Shown: positions 9,154 to 17,750 of the stretch, in pieces
How positions within the stretch are numbered: position 1 is the stretch's first letter
Layout of the letters: the number at the start of each line of letters is the position of its first letter
Assembly (NCBI GenBank): GCA_016699145.1
Contig: CP064962.1
Span: forward strand, 750,001 to 782,000
Direction of reading: 5' to 3'
From: Candidatus Saccharimonadota bacterium
GTDB lineage: Bacteria > Patescibacteriota > Gracilibacteria > UBA1369 > 2-02-FULL-48-14
DNA: 32,000 nucleotides
Program-made: the position numbers and the translations under genes
The notes under the pieces: generated by a model
Seen by the model: the letters and a program-made list of their open reading frames with translations, nothing else
What the model was told of the DNA's origin: nothing
The model's database searches: none

Positions 9154-10222
9154 GGCACTGGACGGGCTGAATCCGAACACTTAATGGATTAGGATTTTTT
9201 GAGTTTTGTGATTTCGCGGTGCACCAAAAGAGCTTCTTTTGGGGTGAGATAATTCAAACACTTGAGCGGTCTACGATTGAGTTTTTCTTCAAGCCTTTGA
9301 ATGAAAGCTTTACTGTATTTTGAAATATCACTGCCTTTAGGAATATCTTTCCGAATGATTTTATTCGTGTTTTCCACTGTGCCCTTTTCCCATGAATGAT
9401 AAGGGTGGCAAAAGTAGATTTTAATGCCCAGCAGCTTCTCCAATTCCTTGTGTTTCTGGAAGAGAATATCATTGTCCGTAGTCATGCTTTGAAGCTCTGG
9501 AAAACGTTTTTGGATTCGCAAAAAAGCCTCATGAACTTCTTCAATCGTCACTGGGAAGATCTTTTCAAGAAATGAAACTCTTAGTTTCCTGTCCACAGCA
9601 ACCAAAAGTGAACCCTTTCCCGTTTTCCCTGAAACTATGAAATCTCCTTCAATGTCTCCCACATCTTCTCTCATTTCTATTCTGTTAGGACGCTCATTTA
9701 TGAACGTTCTGTCCGAAAGTTTTGAAAGTACTTTGGGCCTCTTTCTTCGATGTTTTGTTTTCTGCTCACGTTCATACTCCAAAGCTCTTCCATAGGGGCT
9801 TTTTAGGAAGCGATAAATACTGTCTTTGGAGGCAAAAGGAAGAGCTCCCTCTTGGCATTTGAGTCTCCCAGAAATAGCGGCTGGAGAAATATCATCTCTT
9901 AGTTTTTCTTCTACGAAATCTCTCAATTTCTTGTTCATTGCAACTTTCTTCCCTTGAAAGCGAGCGGAGCGCCTTCGTACATAGCTTTTCTGCTGTGCTT
10001 TCTTCGGGTTATAGCTGCCATTCACTTCATTACGTTTGAGTTCATCTGAAACAGTTGAAACACTTCTCTTCAGACTTTTAGCGATAGCTCTGAGCGAATA
10101 TCCTTTCCCCTTCAGTATGAATATTTCATCCCTCTCACTTTTGGAAAGCTGTGAGAACTTCTTAGCGTTTTTTTCATGAACTCATCTTACCAAGTGTTCG
10201 GATTCAAATGAGAATCTAGGAC
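9154..10222 (-). mobile_element. IS30-family-like insertion sequence, copy 1
   Basis: 1069-bp repeat of 14385-15452. Subterminal 14-bp inverted repeat GAATCCGAACACTT at 9169-9182 and 10193-10206. Encodes an IS30-type transposase. Confidence 0.8.
9189..10025 (-). CDS. IS30-family DDE transposase (catalytic part; the HTH-coding region continues upstream to 10177 but has no in-frame start)
   Basis: IS30 hallmarks: HPYHSWEKGTVENTNKIIRKDIPKG and NRRPLKCLNYLTPKE. The same frame stays open upstream and encodes a typical IS30 HTH (ERDEIFILKGKGYSLRAIAKSLKRSVSTVSDELKRN). The only ATG (10177-10175) is one nt out of frame, across an A7 run. Confidence 0.8.
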   Translation of the reverse strand: MNGSYNPKKAQQKSYVRRRSARFQGKKVAMNKKLRDFVEEKLRDDISPAAISGRLKCQEGALPFASKDSIYRFLKSPYGRALEYEREQKTKHRRKRPKVLSKLSDRTFINERPNRIEMREDVGDIEGDFIVSGKTGKGSLLVAVDRKLRVSFLEKIFPVTIEEVHEAFLRIQKRFPELQSMTTDNDILFQKHKELEKLLGIKIYFCHPYHSWEKGTVENTNKIIRKDIPKGSDISKYSKAFIQRLEEKLNRRPLKCLNYLTPKEALLVHREITKLKKS

Positions 10223-10556
10223 TCCTGCATGGAACTTAGTAAAAATCCTTATACTGAAGAAATAAGGCAAGGAAGAGAGTTGGACAACGCCGCCGGCCTT
10301 TCTCCTTATTGGATTATGCCCGCAAACCGAGCAACTGCTCATCAAGCGCTGGAAATTGACCTAGATGCAGCAGCAGTTGCCACTAGAATGGCAGCAACTA
10401 CAGCCGCACTTCAGTAAGCCAAGACACCCTGAGAATCTCCTCCAGGCGCAATGCCAAGGCAAAAGCTCCTTCATCGGAATAATCTTTACAAAAAACAGAA
10501 AAGGCTTAAAATATAAGCTTTGATCGAACCCTGCATCCTCAACAAGCACACCTCAA

Positions 10557-11501
10557 ATGTCTGATGCCGAACACAACGTAACAGAAGAACTAGACGCCAA
10601 TGGTTCAGGCGAGCAATTACTGGATAAACAATGGCGCAAGGTCTTGCTGGAACGTGTCGCTCAAATTCAAATAGGCTTAAAGCTAAAAAAACCACGGAAA
10701 TTTGAAACGGAAGAAGAAGTCCACCAATGTCTCGCTTCATTTGGAGCCAATACGCGCACAGTCTTGAGCGTTATTTTGGGAATAGAGGGGGAACAAACAT
10801 GGGTGACTCGCCAAGAACCTTGGCATCAGCCAGATCAGATGAGGCGTTCAGTTGAACAGGGTTCTTTGGATGTTTTTGCTAGAAAAAAGTCCTACCGTGG
10901 GCAGGAACTAAACGGACATTTGTCCTCATGGAACGTTAGCTTAAGGTCTCAACGCTTAGAAAATGACGTGATTTCACAGTTTCAGCCAAACGACCCCTGT
11001 TTGCCCATCACATTGCAGGTGAATTTCACACCCAGCAAGCACAAGATAAGAGCCAAGGCACAGACTAGACTGGAGCCCATGGGAAGAAGAGTCCAAGAAT
11101 TTTTTCGGGGATGCAGTCCGGTGTCCCTAAACTACCAGGACGATTCCCTCACAATCGAAGCTCCATTCAAAGATATTTTTCAGTGTGGAGAAGACGGCGA
11201 AAACTACAGAAGAACTTCCCCTGTTGATTTTCTCTGTATCACGATGGAGGAGGCAGCGTTAGCAGGAAAAGGAGCGAAAGGGGCAGACCTATTCAACCGA
11301 GTGGCGACGTGCTTAACTCCTCAGTTAGGAGCAGGCTTCAAGTCAGCGGCGAGGAGCAGTGTCCCAGCACCCCTATTCCGGCACAGCGCTTATTTTTTGA
11401 CATCACCGAGCTCAACAGAGGCCCCTCAAGTGGCATCATTTTTTGGAATCACAACGGAGCAAATCCATGCCGCACTCACTTCTGCATTTTCTGTCGGATG
11501 A
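10557..11501 (+). CDS. hypothetical protein (orphan, no recognisable domain)
   Basis: 314-aa ORF with an ATG start. Convergent with ftsZ, overlapping its 3' end by 26 nt. No motif recognised. Confidence 0.5.
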   Translation: MSDAEHNVTEELDANGSGEQLLDKQWRKVLLERVAQIQIGLKLKKPRKFETEEEVHQCLASFGANTRTVLSVILGIEGEQTWVTRQEPWHQPDQMRRSVEQGSLDVFARKKSYRGQELNGHLSSWNVSLRSQRLENDVISQFQPNDPCLPITLQVNFTPSKHKIRAKAQTRLEPMGRRVQEFFRGCSPVSLNYQDDSLTIEAPFKDIFQCGEDGENYRRTSPVDFLCITMEEAALAGKGAKGADLFNRVATCLTPQLGAGFKSAARSSVPAPLFRHSAYFLTSPSSTEAPQVASFFGITTEQIHAALTSAFSVG

Positions 11502-12705
11502 ACGCTGGAATATCGTATTCGCTGCCACCGTCCTCACTCATAGGGAGTGAAGGATTGCTGAGCTTCATGTCCAAATTGGACTTAGGAAGCCCACTGGACT
11601 GAGCCGGTTTTTGAGCCATGGCACTGGTCCCCATAGGTCGATATTCCCCAAGAGGTCTAGCGATTTGGACACCGCGCTTAACGTCGTCGAAACCGGTTGC
11701 CACCACGGTGATTTTGATTTCCCCGGTGTAAGAGTCGTTGATGACCGCTCCAAAGATGATGTTCGCCTCGGGGTCGGCAGCTTCGGTAATAATACGAGCC
11801 GCTTCGTCCACTTCAAACATAGAAAGATCGGATCCTCCAGTGATGTTGAACAAGATTCCCTTGGCACCTTGAATGTCGAGCTCGAGGAGCGGGCTTTCCA
11901 CCGCCGCGCGAGCGGCTTCGGCAGCACGGTTTTCCCCAGTTCCGTATCCAATTCCCATGAGGGCGCTTCCGGCATTTTCCATAATTGCTTTCACATCCGC
12001 AAAGTCCACGTTGATCATGCCATGCACAGTGATGAGGTCAGAGATGCCTTGCACACCTTGGCGCAGCACGTCGTCCACCACCATAAATGCTTCCGCGAGC
12101 GGGGTTTTTTTATCGATGAGGGACAAAATCTTGTCGTTCGGAATCGTGATCAAGGTGTCCACTTTGTTCTTCAAATTCTCGAGACCTTCTTCCGCTTGAG
12201 TGCGACGGCGATGTCCTTCGAAGGTGAAAGGTTTGGTCACCACAGCCACGGTCAGTATGCCCATGTTTCGTGCAATTTCTGCGATCACCGGCGCTGCTCC
12301 TGTTCCGGTTCCACCGCCAAGCCCACAGGTAATGAAGAGCATCTCAGTTCCCTCCAAAGCCTGTTTGATTTCTTCCATGGACTCTTCAGCCGCTTGGCGT
12401 CCGATGTCGGGATGACTTCCCGCTCCGAGTCCACGCGTCGTAGCTTTTCCAATGTTGATCTTCACCGCAGCCTCGCTGTGGTAAAGCGCCTGCGCATCGG
12501 TGTTCACCGCAATGAATTCAATCCCCTTGATGTTGGATTTCACCATTCGATTTGCAGCATTTCCTCCGCCCCCACCGACTCCAACCACTTTGATACGCGC
12601 AATAGGAGCGCCTTCCGAAGGATTCACTTCGAAGTTTTTACGAGGTTTAGTTCCAGAGAACAGCGTTTTCAAGCTGTCGTCGTTCTGAGATGAGCTAGTG
12701 GCCAT
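11476..12705 (-). CDS. ftsZ: cell division GTPase FtsZ
   Basis: Tubulin signature GGGTGTG ([14 protein letters not shown]), NTDAQAL, and the conserved C-terminal peptide DIPAFIR. Confidence 0.95.
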   Translation of the reverse strand: MATSSSQNDDSLKTLFSGTKPRKNFEVNPSEGAPIARIKVVGVGGGGGNAANRMVKSNIKGIEFIAVNTDAQALYHSEAAVKINIGKATTRGLGAGSHPDIGRQAAEESMEEIKQALEGTEMLFITCGLGGGTGTGAAPVIAEIARNMGILTVAVVTKPFTFEGHRRRTQAEEGLENLKNKVDTLITIPNDKILSLIDKKTPLAEAFMVVDDVLRQGVQGISDLITVHGMINVDFADVKAIMENAGSALMGIGYGTGENRAAEAARAAVESPLLELDIQGAKGILFNITGGSDLSMFEVDEAARIITEAADPEANIIFGAVINDSYTGEIKITVVATGFDDVKRGVQIARPLGEYRPMGTSAMAQKPAQSSGLPKSNLDMKLSNPSLPMSEDGGSEYDIPAFIRQKMQK

Positions 12706-12799
12706 ACAGGCAGGGGTAAAGGATTAGGGGCGGCGTAGATCACTCGGGGAAGCCGAGCGTTGATAACAAAAGAAATTTTTATTTTAGTAAAACACTCTA

Positions 12800-14044
12800 T
12801 CACGGCAAAAGGCCGCGGAACCAGGTCTTGATTCCCTGGCCCACTTTTTGCAGATCGAAATTCTTTAAATCAAATTTAAAATTATAACTTTCACCTTGGA
12901 AACGAGAGCCCCAAACCACGAGCCCAAGCACGCTGGCATAGGCGGGGTCTTCAATCTTGTCCACCACCCCTTCGTAGTTGGTGGGGAATCCGATTTGAAT
13001 GGGCAAATTGAGCACTTCACGAGCGAGATCAATGACGCCCGGCATTTTCACCGCCGCGCCACACAAAATGGCTCCGGCAGGCAACATTCCGTCGCGTTGA
13101 ACCTTGGCGAGCTCATCCTTCACCATCGCAAAGATCTCGTGGTAACGAGCCTGGATGATTTCAGCGAGCTGCTTTTTGGAAACCGTTTGCGTATCGATTT
13201 TCGAGAGCAAAGAAAGATCGATGGTTTCGCGATCATGAATATCTTCGGGGATACAAGACCCATACTCAATCTTGATTTTTTCAGCGGTGTCGATAGAGGT
13301 GCGCAGGCCAATCGCAATGTCGTTGGTCACATTGTCACCCCCCACCGGCAAGGACGCACTGTGCAGCACGGTTCCTTCTTCAAACACAGCCACGTTGGTT
13401 CCTCCGCATCCGATGTCGATGACCACCACGCCGAGTTCTTTTTGGCGCTTCGTTAAAACAGCCTCAGCGGCTGCAAGTCCACAAGGAATGATGTCATTGA
13501 TGTCCACTCCGGCTTGATGCACGCATTTTTCAATGTTCTTCACGGCAGGCACGAGCCCGGTCACTAGGTGCGCGAGCACTTCCAAGCGGATTCCCGTCAT
13601 GCCCACAGGGTATTTGATGCCCATTTGTTCATCCACGGTGAACGCTTTTGGGATGATGCGCAAAATTCTTCGGTTGTTCGGAATAGCCACTGCTTGAGCC
13701 GCTTCGAGCACGCGATCCACATCATCTTCAATGATTTCGTTCCCGGTGTGAGAAATCGCGATCACGCCCTTGGAGTCCATGGACGCGATATGGTCCCCGG
13801 AAATTCCCAAGAAAACCGCATGCACAGGTTCCCCCGCCATACGTTCGGCATCTTCCAAAGCAGATGAAATATTTGTCACCGTTTCTTCCACGTCAATGAT
13901 GTTTCCTTTACGCAGTCCTCCAGAAGGGGAAACCCCCACTCCAATGATGTTGGGCTGAGTGCTTTGGTCGTCCATCACGGCCACAGCGGCACGGATTTTT
14001 GAGTTCCCAATATCAAGCCCAGCGATTATACGATGTTTTGGCAT
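12800..14044 (-). CDS. ftsA: cell division protein FtsA (actin-like ATPase)
   Basis: 414 aa. Phosphate-binding motifs GLDIGNSKIRAAV and VVIDIGCGGTNVAVF. Lies directly upstream of ftsZ on the same strand. Confidence 0.9.
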   Translation of the reverse strand: MPKHRIIAGLDIGNSKIRAAVAVMDDQSTQPNIIGVGVSPSGGLRKGNIIDVEETVTNISSALEDAERMAGEPVHAVFLGISGDHIASMDSKGVIAISHTGNEIIEDDVDRVLEAAQAVAIPNNRRILRIIPKAFTVDEQMGIKYPVGMTGIRLEVLAHLVTGLVPAVKNIEKCVHQAGVDINDIIPCGLAAAEAVLTKRQKELGVVVIDIGCGGTNVAVFEEGTVLHSASLPVGGDNVTNDIAIGLRTSIDTAEKIKIEYGSCIPEDIHDRETIDLSLLSKIDTQTVSKKQLAEIIQARYHEIFAMVKDELAKVQRDGMLPAGAILCGAAVKMPGVIDLAREVLNLPIQIGFPTNYEGVVDKIEDPAYASVLGLVVWGSRFQGESYNFKFDLKNFDLQKVGQGIKTWFRGLLP

Positions 14045-14291
14045 GAGCCGACTTTAGACCACCTTCACTAGCATTTCAAGAGCATGTAATTAAAAAATAA
14101 CGCTGCCACAAGCCAATTTTCGCAACTTGACTAAAAAATGTATGCGGATTTAACAGCTTCAAACGGCCCGAAGCCCGCATTTTTTAAAATGCCGGAATTT
14201 ACGCTTGCCTTAGCATGAAAATATGGAGGGAATTGGACACCCCGCACCCAAGTTCGAACAAACGTTTTGCACAAGCCAAAAATGGGTGAAC

Positions 14292-14313
14292 AAAAAAAGG
14301 GTTCAAGCACCCT
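14292..14313 (-). terminator. weak hairpin plus T7 on the minus strand between the IS30 copy 2 end and ftsA
   Basis: Minus strand reads AGGGT-GCTTGA-ACCCT followed by TTTTTT (5-bp stem). It could limit read-out from the IS into ftsA. The stem is short, so support is weak. Confidence 0.3.
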
Positions 14314-14384
14314 CTTAAAGCGGGAGTCAGAAGTAAAGTTTGACAAAACCAAACTTAATGTTAAATTAAAGAGCATGATGCACC

Positions 14385-15452
14385 GGCACTGGACGGGCTG
14401 AATCCGAACACTTAATGGATTAGGATTTTTTGAGTTTTGTGATTTCGCGGTGCACCAAAAGAGCTTCTTTTGGGGTGAGATAATTCAAACACTTGAGCGG
14501 TCTACGATTGAGTTTTTCTTCAAGCCTTTGAATGAAAGCTTTACTGTATTTTGAAATATCACTGCCTTTAGGAATATCTTTCCGAATGATTTTATTCGTG
14601 TTTTCCACTGTGCCCTTTTCCCATGAATGATAAGGGTGGCAAAAGTAGATTTTAATGCCCAGCAGCTTCTCCAATTCCTTGTGTTTCTGGAAGAGAATAT
14701 CATTGTCCGTAGTCATGCTTTGAAGCTCTGGAAAACGTTTTTGGATTCAAAAAAGCCTCATGAACTTCTTCAATCGTCACTGGGAAGATCTTTTCAAGAA
14801 ATGAAACTCTTAGTTTCCTGTCCACAGCAACCAAAAAGTGAACCCTTTCCCGTTTTCCCTGAAACTATGAAATCTCCTTCAATGTCTCCCACATCTTCTC
14901 TCATTTCTATTCTGTTAGGACGCTCATTTATGAACGTTCTGTCCGAAAGTTTTGAAAGTACTTTGGGCCTCTTTCTTCGATGTTTTGTTTTCTGCTCACG
15001 TTCATACTCCAAAGCTCTTCCATAGGGGCTTTTTAGGAAGCGATAAATACTGTCTTTGGAGGCAAAAGGAAGAGCTCCCTCTTGGCATTTGAGTCTCCCA
15101 GAAATAGCGGCTGGAGAAATATCATCTCTTAGTTTTTCTTCTACGAAATCTCTCAATTTCTTGTTCATTGCAACTTTCTTCCCTTGAAAGCGAGCGGAGC
15201 GCCTTCGTACATAGCTTTTCTGCTGTGCTTTCTTCGGGTTATAGCTGCCATTCACTTCATTACGTTTGAGTTCATCTGAAACAGTTGAAACACTTCTCTT
15301 CAGACTTTTAGCGATAGCTCTGAGCGAATATCCTTTCCCCTTCAGTATGAATATTTCATCCCTCTCACTTTTGGAAAGCTGTGAGAACTTCTTAGCGTTT
15401 TTTTCATGAACTCATCTTACCAAGTGTTCGGATTCAAATGAGAATCTAGGAC
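14385..15452 (-). mobile_element. IS30-family-like insertion sequence, copy 2 (transposase inactivated)
   Basis: Same orientation and sequence as 9154-10222, with two differences seen. The GC present at 9518-9519 is missing between 14748 and 14749. The run is A5 at 14833-14837 versus A4 at 9604-9607. Confidence 0.8.
14420..15255 (-). pseudogene. IS30-family transposase, split by two indels
   Basis: ORF pieces 14794-15255 (N-terminal part, ending GKGSLFGCCGQETKSFIS*) and 14420-14716 (C-terminal part, from MTTDNDILF) are otherwise identical to the copy 1 protein. Confidence 0.85.
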
Positions 15453-15491
15453 CACAAAGGAAATCACTATTCTGCTGAACGGCCATATACT

Positions 15492-16346
15492 TTGGGAAAT
15501 AGACAATTAATCCCCCTTAAAAAACTAGGACAAGGAGGGGCCGGTGAAGCATGGTTAGTAGAAAATGAGGAGGCAGAGCTTTTTACTTTAAAACTCCTCA
15601 ACGATCGCCAGAATTATTCATGGAAAATAGCCAGAGCAATAGAAAGAGCTTATAAGTTGAGAGGGCAACTCTCTGAAAATGGAACTCCTCAAATCAATAT
15701 ACAAAATTTTCGCTCCAATCCAGAAAGAGGAAATGGAGGTGTTCTTTTTTCATTCCACGAAGGTAATAACCTAAAGGAATACGTTCGAGAGAAAGACTTC
15801 AATGAACGAGCGCAATTATTAGCAGAATTACTTCCAAAGGCAAAAGCCCTTTGTGATAATTTAGGAGAAAGTGGGATTGCCCATAATGACATTAGACCCG
15901 AAAATATAATTATTGGCTCAGACGGCAAAGTAACACTAATTGACATCGACTTCTTAACCAAACACGAAGAAACATCAAATCTTTGTATAGGGCCTGCATG
16001 GTATGTTGCTCCAGAAGTTTTGCAGGGGAAGGTACACCCTCATAGTGATACATTTTCATTAGGAGTCACCGCTTGGACTGTGCTAATGGGAAATTTAAAT
16101 ACAATACCCGATCCGCGACTCATAGCAGAGCATAAAAGACAGGGAGGAGATTTTTTTGACACGCCAAAGGTTGCGGGAACGCTAAATCAGTTACGTGGCA
16201 CTCTAGAAAGAGCAAATCCATTAATGTGCGATGAGATGTGCAATCTCGTAGCTACAAGGCCAGCGGACAGAGTGCTTTCTAAAACAATCTCCCTTGCACC
16301 TCTTCCTTCTGTTCCAATTCTCGCCGGTAGTCCCAGCCTTTATTGA
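15492..16346 (+). CDS. stand-alone Hanks-type Ser/Thr protein kinase domain protein (non-RD type)
   Basis: Glycine loop LGQGGAGEAW; beta3 lysine in FTLKLL; catalytic loop AHNDIRPENI (HND instead of HRD); DFG equivalent DIDFL; APE motif YVAPEV. TTG start. No TM or sensor domain. The 3' end overlaps the convergent exonuclease gene by 68 nt. Confidence 0.7.
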   Translation: MGNRQLIPLKKLGQGGAGEAWLVENEEAELFTLKLLNDRQNYSWKIARAIERAYKLRGQLSENGTPQINIQNFRSNPERGNGGVLFSFHEGNNLKEYVREKDFNERAQLLAELLPKAKALCDNLGESGIAHNDIRPENIIIGSDGKVTLIDIDFLTKHEETSNLCIGPAWYVAPEVLQGKVHPHSDTFSLGVTAWTVLMGNLNTIPDPRLIAEHKRQGGDFFDTPKVAGTLNQLRGTLERANPLMCDEMCNLVATRPADRVLSKTISLAPLPSVPILAGSPSLY

Positions 16347-17211
16347 GAGCTTCTAGGCGTCTCCATAAGGAACGGAAAGCCATTTTTTCGAATAAAATGC
16401 GGGCTTTTTCCATGTCGAAATCATGAATTTTGCAGGCAGGCAAATCCAAATGCACCCCGTCTTCTCTCACAATCGTCGCCACTTTTTTACACAGTCTCGC
16501 TTCCGCTTCATGGGCCCGCATGAGTTCCCGAATGCGCACCGGCTCCACTTCTTCAAGGTGTTCATAAATCCCTTCAATGCTGCCAAATTGCTCCAGCAGT
16601 TTGCAGGCCGTCTTATCCCCAATGCCAGGCACACCCGGAATATTGTCGCTGTGGTCGCCCGAAAGCCCTTTAAAATCCGGAACCTGTTCGGGCCAAACGC
16701 CCATTTTAGCCTTCACTGCGTCCCTGTCGTAGCGCGTCACCTTGGTGTATCCGCTCACCGGGGAAACCACGATCGTTCGCCCCCGCACCAGCTGGAACGC
16801 ATCCTTATCACCCGTCACAATCAAAGTCTCCACCTCGGGATTTTTCTCTGCCTCTTCCGACAAAATGCCCAAAAAATCGTCCGCCTCAAAACCCTCTTTT
16901 TCATAAAAAGGGATAGAAAGCGCCTCCAAAACCTGCCTCACCAAAGGGAATTGCCGGATCAGCGCATCGTCGGTCTTCACACGAGTCGCCTTATATTCGC
17001 TAAAAATTTCATCCCGAAAAGTGGGACCGTACATGTCCCAGGCCGTGGCCAAAAAGTCAGGCTTTTCCACCTCCAAAATGCCCAAAACGATGCTGGTGAA
17101 CCCGTAAACGGCATTGGTTTGTGTGCCGTCGGGGGCCTTCAAAGTAGGAGGCACAGCGTGGTAACAACGGTGCACCAAGGCATTTCCATCAATAAGGATG
17201 AGTTTCTTCAC
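16279..17211 (-). CDS. 5'-3' exonuclease / flap endonuclease (Pol I N-terminal-domain-like)
   Basis: LILIDGNALVHRCYHA, GFEADDFLG, VTGDKDAFQL, and the H3TH motif SDNIPGVPGIGDKTA. Confidence 0.85.
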   Translation of the reverse strand: MKKLILIDGNALVHRCYHAVPPTLKAPDGTQTNAVYGFTSIVLGILEVEKPDFLATAWDMYGPTFRDEIFSEYKATRVKTDDALIRQFPLVRQVLEALSIPFYEKEGFEADDFLGILSEEAEKNPEVETLIVTGDKDAFQLVRGRTIVVSPVSGYTKVTRYDRDAVKAKMGVWPEQVPDFKGLSGDHSDNIPGVPGIGDKTACKLLEQFGSIEGIYEHLEEVEPVRIRELMRAHEAEARLCKKVATIVREDGVHLDLPACKIHDFDMEKARILFEKMAFRSLWRRLEALNKGWDYRRELEQKEEVQGRLF

Positions 17212-17235
17212 GCGCGAAGTTTAGCGCGATTGCCA

Positions 17236-17264
17236 TTGAAAAACCACAAAGTTTCTGCTACAAT
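17236..17264 (+). promoter_or_regulatory. sigma70-like promoter candidate for 17283-17750
   Basis: TTGAAA (17236-17241), 17-nt spacer, TACAAT (17259-17264), 19 nt upstream of the ATG. Confidence 0.45.
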
Positions 17265-17282
17265 GATCCAATTGATTCACGT

Positions 17283-17750
17283 ATGGCAAAAACAAAAATC
17301 AAGGCCCTTCAACTCAAAGTCCGCATTCCTAAATTGATCTTGGACATCCGCGGCGCAGACCCCAAACTTCTGGAGGAACTGGCTCCCGCCCTCGAAAATC
17401 TGGACGCCAGAGTGCGCATCCTCGGCCCAGGTCTCAAGACCCTTCCCCACGCCTTTTCTTTGGAGGAAGCCCTGGAAGAAGCCCACGTTTGGGTGGTTTT
17501 AGCCCCTCACCTGGCCAAAGACTTTTCTATGGTGGCGGAACGCGGAATCGTGCCTGTAATGAGAGAAGGATTGCATCAAGAGGCCGAAAACTACAACCCT
17601 GTTCAAGAAAACGGCAACGCCTTTCTTTTTCACGAGCCCAGTGCATGGCAAATTTACGGAGCCATCGTGCGCGCCACCGAAAACTTCGCCTTCAGTTACG
17701 ACTGGGAAAACCTGCGCAGCCAAGGCCGCTGCTTAATGGAGCGTGTTTAG
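17283..17750 (+). CDS. glycogen/starch-synthase-like GT-B C-terminal half-domain protein (no N-terminal catalytic half)
   Basis: 155 aa. GIVPVMREGLHQEAENYNPVQENGNAFLFHEPSAWQIYGAIVRATENF resembles the C-terminal segment of GlgA-type glycosyltransferases (G.lP.v.rtGGL.dtv......nGf.F......l..ai.ra). Similarity judged from memory. Confidence 0.4.
   Translation: MAKTKIKALQLKVRIPKLILDIRGADPKLLEELAPALENLDARVRILGPGLKTLPHAFSLEEALEEAHVWVVLAPHLAKDFSMVAERGIVPVMREGLHQEAENYNPVQENGNAFLFHEPSAWQIYGAIVRATENFAFSYDWENLRSQGRCLMERV

Noticed and set aside
9154-9160. GGCACTG at the left terminus of both IS30-like copies is the same heptamer as GGCAC|TG at the IS481-like left junctions.
   Set aside because: It is only 7 nt, and the contexts differ: inside the repeat unit for IS30, flank plus terminus for IS481. 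Most likely coincidence, though target preference cannot be excluded.
11611-12693. 360-aa plus-strand ORF covering almost all of ftsZ, together with similar long antisense ORFs: 12896-13456 over ftsA, 16423-17337 over the exonuclease, 5375-5926 and 4814-5299 over the flippase, 6721-7251 over prfB, 20777-21340 over the GT4 gene, and 28513-28995 inside the NqrB-like gene.
   Set aside because: Each lies opposite to, or out of frame with, a gene that has unmistakable conserved motifs. Their translations are low-complexity and Arg/His/Ser-rich with no motifs. They are the typical shadow ORFs of coding regions.
12706-12799. Hairpin CTCGG-CTTCC-CCGAG in the ftsA-ftsZ spacer, considered as a terminator.
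   Set aside because: The stem is only 5 bp and no T run follows. ftsA and ftsZ are normally co-transcribed.
14131-14376. 81-aa minus-strand ORF in the ftsA upstream region.
   Set aside because: The translation is hydrophobic and low-complexity with no motifs. It lies in what must be the ftsA promoter/leader region next to the IS end. It also spans the hairpin-plus-T7 structure.
9151-15455. Short (2-3 bp) target-site duplications flanking each IS30-like copy or the whole IS30-ftsAZ-IS30 unit.
   Set aside because: The flanks are ACT/TCC for copy 1 and ACC/CAC for copy 2, so no combination matches. The element ends are defined only by where the two copies stop being identical, so this is a weak negative.
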